From Kiritimatiellia bacterium (GTDB taxonomy: Bacteria > Verrucomicrobiota > Kiritimatiellia > B70-G9): DNA of 41,287 nucleotides. Where the stretch lies: assembly GCA_029934055.1 (NCBI GenBank), contig JAOZMZ010000008.1, positions 1 to 41,287 on the forward strand. Direction: 5' to 3'. Below are positions 36,573 through 41,287 of this stretch, one piece after another. Made by a program: the position numbers and the translations under genes. The notes beneath the pieces are model-generated. The model did no database searches, was not told the DNA's origin, and saw nothing but the letters and a program-made list of their open reading frames with translations. Every line of letters starts with the position of its first letter. The first letter of the stretch is position 1.

Positions 36573-38960
36573 ATGATGTCGCGCGGGAAGGGGACGGCGT
36601 TTTTCATAATCGTGTTGCTGGGCGTCGGTGTTCAAGGCGCCGTAGCGGGAACGATGAGTCCTGCGGAACATCAGGAGCTCGGCGATGCCCTGTACTCGCG
36701 CGGCATGTACCGCCTGGCGGCGGATGAATACACGGCCGTTCTGACCGGTGATCCCCATTACACCAATGCCGCAGCGGTACTCCTGCGCCTGGCGGAATGC
36801 CGCCGCGAGTCCGGTGACCGGCGGGGTGCGGCTGCAGCCTATGAAAGGCTCGTGCACCAATTTCCGGATGCGCCGGAGGCCGACCGGGCGCGTATACGCT
36901 GGGCCGAACTGCTGATTCGGGATGGAAAAAACGACGCCGCGCTGGATTTGCTGGATAAGGTGCTGGCACGCCGGTCCGCCGGAGAGCTTGCCGAGGCGGC
37001 TCATTATCGGCACGCCTGCGCGCTGGCACGGGCGGGCCGGAAGGCAGAGGCCGAGCGGGAATTGCGTGCGTTGATCGAGGGGGCGGGGGGATCGCCGTAT
37101 TTTGCGGCTGCGTGCCTGGAGCTGGCGCGGATTCTAAAGGATAAAGGTGTCGTGGGGACGGAAGTCAGCGGTCTCTATTCGCAGGCCTGCGAGCGGGCTG
37201 CCTCGCCGCGGCTTGCGGCCGAGGCCTTGTTCCAGAAGGCGCACGAAGAGTATCTCGCCAAGGAATACGCCGCTGCTGCGGCGGATTACCGCCGGCTTCT
37301 GGAGAAGTATCCGACGGATGAACGCAGCCGGCAGGCGCGGTTGGAAGCCGGCTGGGCGCTGTATCACGACGGTCGTTACGCTGATGCCCTTGATCTTTGC
37401 CGGAAAACGGAGGCGGGTGAGAGGCAGGCGGCCGACGGGGAGTGGTTATACCTGGAGGCGAACTGTGAGCGTCAGCTTCTCGACGGGAAGGCGGCGCTGA
37501 AATCATATTCGCGGCTGTTGCGCGCGTATCCTTCCGGGAAGCTGGCGGCGGCCGCGCGCTATGAGAAGGCCCTGCTTCTTTTTGAGGAGGAAAAATATCG
37601 GGAGGTGACGGAGGTGCTGGAAGGCGGCGGGGTGCCTGCCGGCGTTGAGGCCGATGCATTCTGGATGCTGGGCGAGTCATGGGCGAAGCTGGGTGAGGGA
37701 GACCATGCGATGCAGTATTACCGCAAGGTATGCGACGAGCATCCGCACGGTATTCATGCACCGGCCGCGCTTTATCGCATAGGCCTGGAATTGCAACGGC
37801 GCGGAAATTTTGCGCAGGCCGCGGAATATTTCGAGCGCCTGGCTTCCGGGTATACGAACGACACTCTTGCTGCGGAAGCTTTGTGGCAGGCGGGGCGCTG
37901 CCGGGTGGCGGCCGGAGATGTTGAACAGGGGGCCGTTCAGTGGCGGGAACTGGCGCGCCGCTATCCGACCAACGAGCTTGCCGGCACGGCCCTTTTGCAC
38001 GCGGGTATGGCCGAGCTCGATCTGGGACGGGCCGGGAAGGCGCGGGAAGTTCTTGAGCAGGCGGTAGGCTTCGGCTCCGGAGCCGAGCTGGTCAAGATCC
38101 TGTACTGGCTAGGTGTAAGTTGCGATCGGCTGGAGGATTTCGAGTGTGCTGCGGATGCATACGGGCGCGCCCTTGAGAAGCATCCGGAACGGGAGACGTC
38201 CGGCAAGCTGCGCATGCGGCTGGCTGAGGTGTGGTTCCGCTTGGGGCGCGACCGTGAGGCGGCTGAGTTGATTCACGATTTGGCGGCTGAGTCGCCGCCG
38301 CCGGTGCGCTTGGATTTCACGCTCGTGCGCAAATCCGTACTGGCTTTTTCGGCGAACGGAGAGCACGAGAAGGCCGTCGAGACGGCGAGTGCGCTGGTAG
38401 AAGTGGCCTCGAATGCATTCCAGCGTCAAGAAGCGTACTATCTACGCGGCTCTGCCGAACGCGAGGGGGGTGACGCCGCCGCGGCTCTGGAGGATTTCCG
38501 GAAGGCGCTTTCCACAAAGGCTTCTACACGTGCCGGCGCGGAGGCCGCGCTGGCAGCGGCGGAGATCAGTTTTCGGGACAAGCGGTACGATGAGGCGGTG
38601 GAGTACTATTCCCGGGCCGGCGAGATGGCCGCCGGGGACGGGAATATTGATATCCGTGCGCGAAGTTACTACGGTCTGGCGCGCTGTGCCGATGCGCGCG
38701 GTGACTTGCAGGCGGCGTTGCGATACTACATGGGCGTTGGATTGCTGTTCGATGATGAGCGGATTGTGCCCGAGAGCCTTTATCGGGCGGCGGAGGATTG
38801 CCGCCGGCTGGATCGGCCGGAACAGGCGCGCAAGCTGCTCGACGAGCTGAGGCGGCGCTATCCGAAAAGCAAATGGGCCCGGCGGAAGGATGCGGCCGGC
38901 GGCTGGGAATCCGGGCGGGAGAACAATCAGACGTTGAAAGGATCCGTTGATGAGCGCTGA
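36573..38960 (+). CDS. Exported long TPR protein (CpoB/BamD-like repeats)
   Basis: Signal peptide followed by repeated YP/FP-containing TPR pairs (EKYPTD, RAYPSG, RRYPKS). Start ATG 36573 with GGAG RBS. Confidence 0.88.
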   Translation: MMSRGKGTAFFIIVLLGVGVQGAVAGTMSPAEHQELGDALYSRGMYRLAADEYTAVLTGDPHYTNAAAVLLRLAECRRESGDRRGAAAAYERLVHQFPDAPEADRARIRWAELLIRDGKNDAALDLLDKVLARRSAGELAEAAHYRHACALARAGRKAEAERELRALIEGAGGSPYFAAACLELARILKDKGVVGTEVSGLYSQACERAASPRLAAEALFQKAHEEYLAKEYAAAAADYRRLLEKYPTDERSRQARLEAGWALYHDGRYADALDLCRKTEAGERQAADGEWLYLEANCERQLLDGKAALKSYSRLLRAYPSGKLAAAARYEKALLLFEEEKYREVTEVLEGGGVPAGVEADAFWMLGESWAKLGEGDHAMQYYRKVCDEHPHGIHAPAALYRIGLELQRRGNFAQAAEYFERLASGYTNDTLAAEALWQAGRCRVAAGDVEQGAVQWRELARRYPTNELAGTALLHAGMAELDLGRAGKAREVLEQAVGFGSGAELVKILYWLGVSCDRLEDFECAADAYGRALEKHPERETSGKLRMRLAEVWFRLGRDREAAELIHDLAAESPPPVRLDFTLVRKSVLAFSANGEHEKAVETASALVEVASNAFQRQEAYYLRGSAEREGGDAAAALEDFRKALSTKASTRAGAEAALAAAEISFRDKRYDEAVEYYSRAGEMAAGDGNIDIRARSYYGLARCADARGDLQAALRYYMGVGLLFDDERIVPESLYRAAEDCRRLDRPEQARKLLDELRRRYPKSKWARRKDAAGGWESGRENNQTLKGSVDER

Positions 38961-39465
38961 TGACTGGGATATCAAGGGGCCGGGAAGCGCCTGTGCGGAA
39001 TGTGCGCGGGAGTTCGACGACGGAGAAGAGTTTTATACGCGGCTGGAGTTCGGTCCGGAAGGATACATACGCAGTGATTACTGCCGGACGTGCTGGCGGG
39101 ATGAAATGAAGGCCGGGGCGGTAAGCACATGGCGCACGGTGTTCCATCGTCCTCCGCCGCCACAGGAACCGGTGCGCAAGGAGACCGCCGAAGCCCTTTT
39201 GCGCCGGCTGATCGAAAGCGGAGACGAGAGCCGGCGCAATGTGGTGTTTATCCTGGCGGTCATGCTGGAACGGCGTCGGATCCTTGTTGAGCGCGACGTG
39301 CAGCGGCGTGCGGACGGACGCGTCTTGCGGGTCTATGAACACCGCCGAACGGGTGAGACATTCATCATTCTTGATCCCGGATTGAGTCTTTCCGAGGTCG
39401 GAAAGGTGCAGGAGGAAGTTGTGAGCCTGTTGGACGGAGAGGGCGGGAGTGAGGAGACCGGCTGA
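38950..39465 (+). CDS. Conserved hypothetical protein with putative Zn finger (CAEC...CRTC)
   Basis: Strong codon bias; overlaps the end of the TPR gene; CxxC pair and LAVMLERRRIL motif. Confidence 0.8.
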   Translation: MSADDWDIKGPGSACAECAREFDDGEEFYTRLEFGPEGYIRSDYCRTCWRDEMKAGAVSTWRTVFHRPPPPQEPVRKETAEALLRRLIESGDESRRNVVFILAVMLERRRILVERDVQRRADGRVLRVYEHRRTGETFIILDPGLSLSEVGKVQEEVVSLLDGEGGSEETG

Positions 39466-39503
39466 GCGCGACGATTGGTACGCGTGGACGATGATATGGG
39501 AGC

Positions 39504-41069
39504 ATGAGCAGGTTCGACATTCTCATCCGCGGGGGGCTGATTTTCGACGGAACGGGCGCCGATCCGGTCGTGGCCGATATCGGCGTGCGCGGCGATCGGA
39601 TCGAGGATGTTGGTGAGCTGGGGAACGCCTCGGCGGATCTGGAGGTGCGCGCCGAAGGTCTTTGCGTATGTCCCGGATTCATAGACGTGCATTCGCATTC
39701 CGACGCGTATCTTCTCGTGGAGCCTGACGCGCCGAGCAAGATTTTCCAGGGCATCACGACTGAAATAGTCGGTCAGTGCGGGACGTCTGCGGCGCCTTTG
39801 GCGGGGGATTATCGTCTGCCGGCCGACTGGCGGGCGCATCTCGGGGATATCGCTTGGAGGTCGGTGGCCGGCTACAGGGCGGCGCTGGCAACGGCCGGTC
39901 CGGCTCCCAATGTGCGTATGTTCGTCGGACACAACACCCTGCGTGGGGGGGTGGTCGGTTATGAACGGCGGCGGGCGACACCCCGCGAAATCGAACGCAT
40001 GTGTGCGCTGTTGCGGCAATCCATGGAGGAGGGTGCGGCCGGTTTCAGTACGGGTTTGATTTATCCTCCGGGGTGTTTCGCGGAGGTGGAGGAGATCCAT
40101 GCGCTGGCTGCCACGGCCGCGGAGTTCGGGGGGGTATATTCCAGCCACATGCGCAGCGAAGGCAGCCGCCTGTTGGAAGCTCTCGATGAGACGATCACGG
40201 TGGCGCGGTCCACGGGAATCCGCGTGGAGGTGTCGCACCTGAAGGCTTCCGGATCCGCAAACCGGCACCTGGCGGAGCCGGCCCTGGAGAAAATAGCCGC
40301 CGCCCGCGCCGCGGGGCTCGAGGTGGCGGCGGACCGATATCCGTATACGGCGGCCTGCACGGACCTGGACGTCGTACTGCCGGATTGGGTCCAGGAGGGT
40401 GGTCCGGAGGAAGAGTTGCGCCGCCTTCGGGACGGGAGGCTCCGCAGGCGCATCGAGGATGAGCTCAGGCGCGCGCATGAAGAAGCCTACTGGGATGAAG
40501 TGCGTATCGGAACGACGGTGCTCGAGGAACACCGGGGTCTGCGCGGACGCCGGCTGAGTGACGTGGGACGGGAGATGGGTCTTCATCCCGCGGCCGCGCT
40601 GCTGGAGATCATAGCCAAGGAAGAGCTGCGTACGGCCGGTATTTTTTTCGGGATGGACGAGGAGAACATGTGGCGAATTCTGGCGGCCCCGTTCGTCATG
40701 GTTTGCACGGATGCTTCCCTGCGGTCACCGGAAGGGCCGCTGGGTCTCGATCATCCGCACCCGCGTGCGTACGGTGCTTTTCCCCGTTTCCTGCGGGCGG
40801 CGTTCGACGGACGGACCGTTTCTCCGGCGGAAGCGATCCGCAAGATGACATCCCTGCCGGCGCAATGGTTCAGGATTGCGGACAGGGGCGTTATCCGGGC
40901 AGGGGCTTTCGCGGATATCGTGGTTTTCGCCCCGGATGAGTTGCGTGATGAGGCGACGTATGAGCGGCCGCACCGGCTGAGTCGTGGGATCCATTGGTTG
41001 CTGGTGAATGGGACGGTGACGATCGCGGCGGGCCGCCTGAGCGGGCAACGAGCCGGGCGGTGGTTGTGA
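39504..41069 (+). CDS. N-acyl-D-amino-acid deacylase (D-aminoacylase, amidohydrolase superfamily)
   Basis: PGFIDVHSHSD, GQCG, SHMR, VSHLK and HPRAYGAFPR motifs. Confidence 0.93.
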   Translation: MSRFDILIRGGLIFDGTGADPVVADIGVRGDRIEDVGELGNASADLEVRAEGLCVCPGFIDVHSHSDAYLLVEPDAPSKIFQGITTEIVGQCGTSAAPLAGDYRLPADWRAHLGDIAWRSVAGYRAALATAGPAPNVRMFVGHNTLRGGVVGYERRRATPREIERMCALLRQSMEEGAAGFSTGLIYPPGCFAEVEEIHALAATAAEFGGVYSSHMRSEGSRLLEALDETITVARSTGIRVEVSHLKASGSANRHLAEPALEKIAAARAAGLEVAADRYPYTAACTDLDVVLPDWVQEGGPEEELRRLRDGRLRRRIEDELRRAHEEAYWDEVRIGTTVLEEHRGLRGRRLSDVGREMGLHPAAALLEIIAKEELRTAGIFFGMDEENMWRILAAPFVMVCTDASLRSPEGPLGLDHPHPRAYGAFPRFLRAAFDGRTVSPAEAIRKMTSLPAQWFRIADRGVIRAGAFADIVVFAPDELRDEATYERPHRLSRGIHWLLVNGTVTIAAGRLSGQRAGRWL

Positions 41070-41108
41070 GGCCCGGTTGAAGTGCGTAAGGAGGATGCGG
41101 AGAGGGAA

Positions 41109-41136
41109 TTGACACGGGCAAGCGAAACCGTATTAT
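41109..41136 (+). promoter_or_regulatory. Stable-RNA sigma70 promoter (TTGACA-16-TATTAT)
   Basis: Perfect -35 and near-perfect -10 with a 16-bp spacer, 10 nt before tRNA-Phe. Confidence 0.85.
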
Positions 41137-41146
41137 TTCGTGCGAC

Positions 41147-41222
<76 letters not shown>

Positions 41223-41232
41223 TGCTTTTCGC

Positions 41233-41287
41233 GGGCGGTTAGCTCAGTTGGGAGAGCGCTACCTTCACACGGTAGAAGTCACAGGTT
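41233..41287 (+). tRNA. tRNA-Val(CAC), truncated by the window end
   Basis: GGGCGGTTAGCTCAGTTGGGAGAGC D-arm; anticodon arm CTACC-TTCACAC-GGTAG; start of the T arm. Confidence 0.93.

Overview
High-GC bacterial chromosome segment, probably PVC superphylum (Kiritimatiellae/Verrucomicrobia-like; this is an inference from gene content and style, not a database result). It is mostly housekeeping and envelope genes: rpsO-pnp-nth-M29 peptidase; rmlA-rmlD-rmlB plus a Cache-domain Ser/Thr kinase; ppm1-ubiA plus two convergent DUF2723/TMEM260-like GT-C/TPR proteins; def; usp-rmuC-parA; ftsK-rodZ-pgsA; exbB-exbD-TPR; a D-aminoacylase; tRNA-Phe and a truncated tRNA-Val. Four things stand out. (1) A translationally coupled three-gene operon at 9000-12852 encodes a membrane-anchored Zn-ribbon/4x OB-fold protein, an orphan archaeal-type TctA/DUF112 permease and a YdjM-like metallohydrolase; it looks like a candidate non-ComEA/ComEC nucleic-acid uptake module. 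(2) A polyprenyl-sugar protein-glycosylation locus carries one motif-intact and one motif-degenerate TMEM260-like paralog. (3) The first 52 nt are the 3' end of a group II intron (half of DV plus DVI). (4) A Hanks kinase carries an intact amino-acid-binding dCache motif. Many ORF-track starts were over-extended and have been corrected. No CRISPR array, transposase or rRNA was seen.
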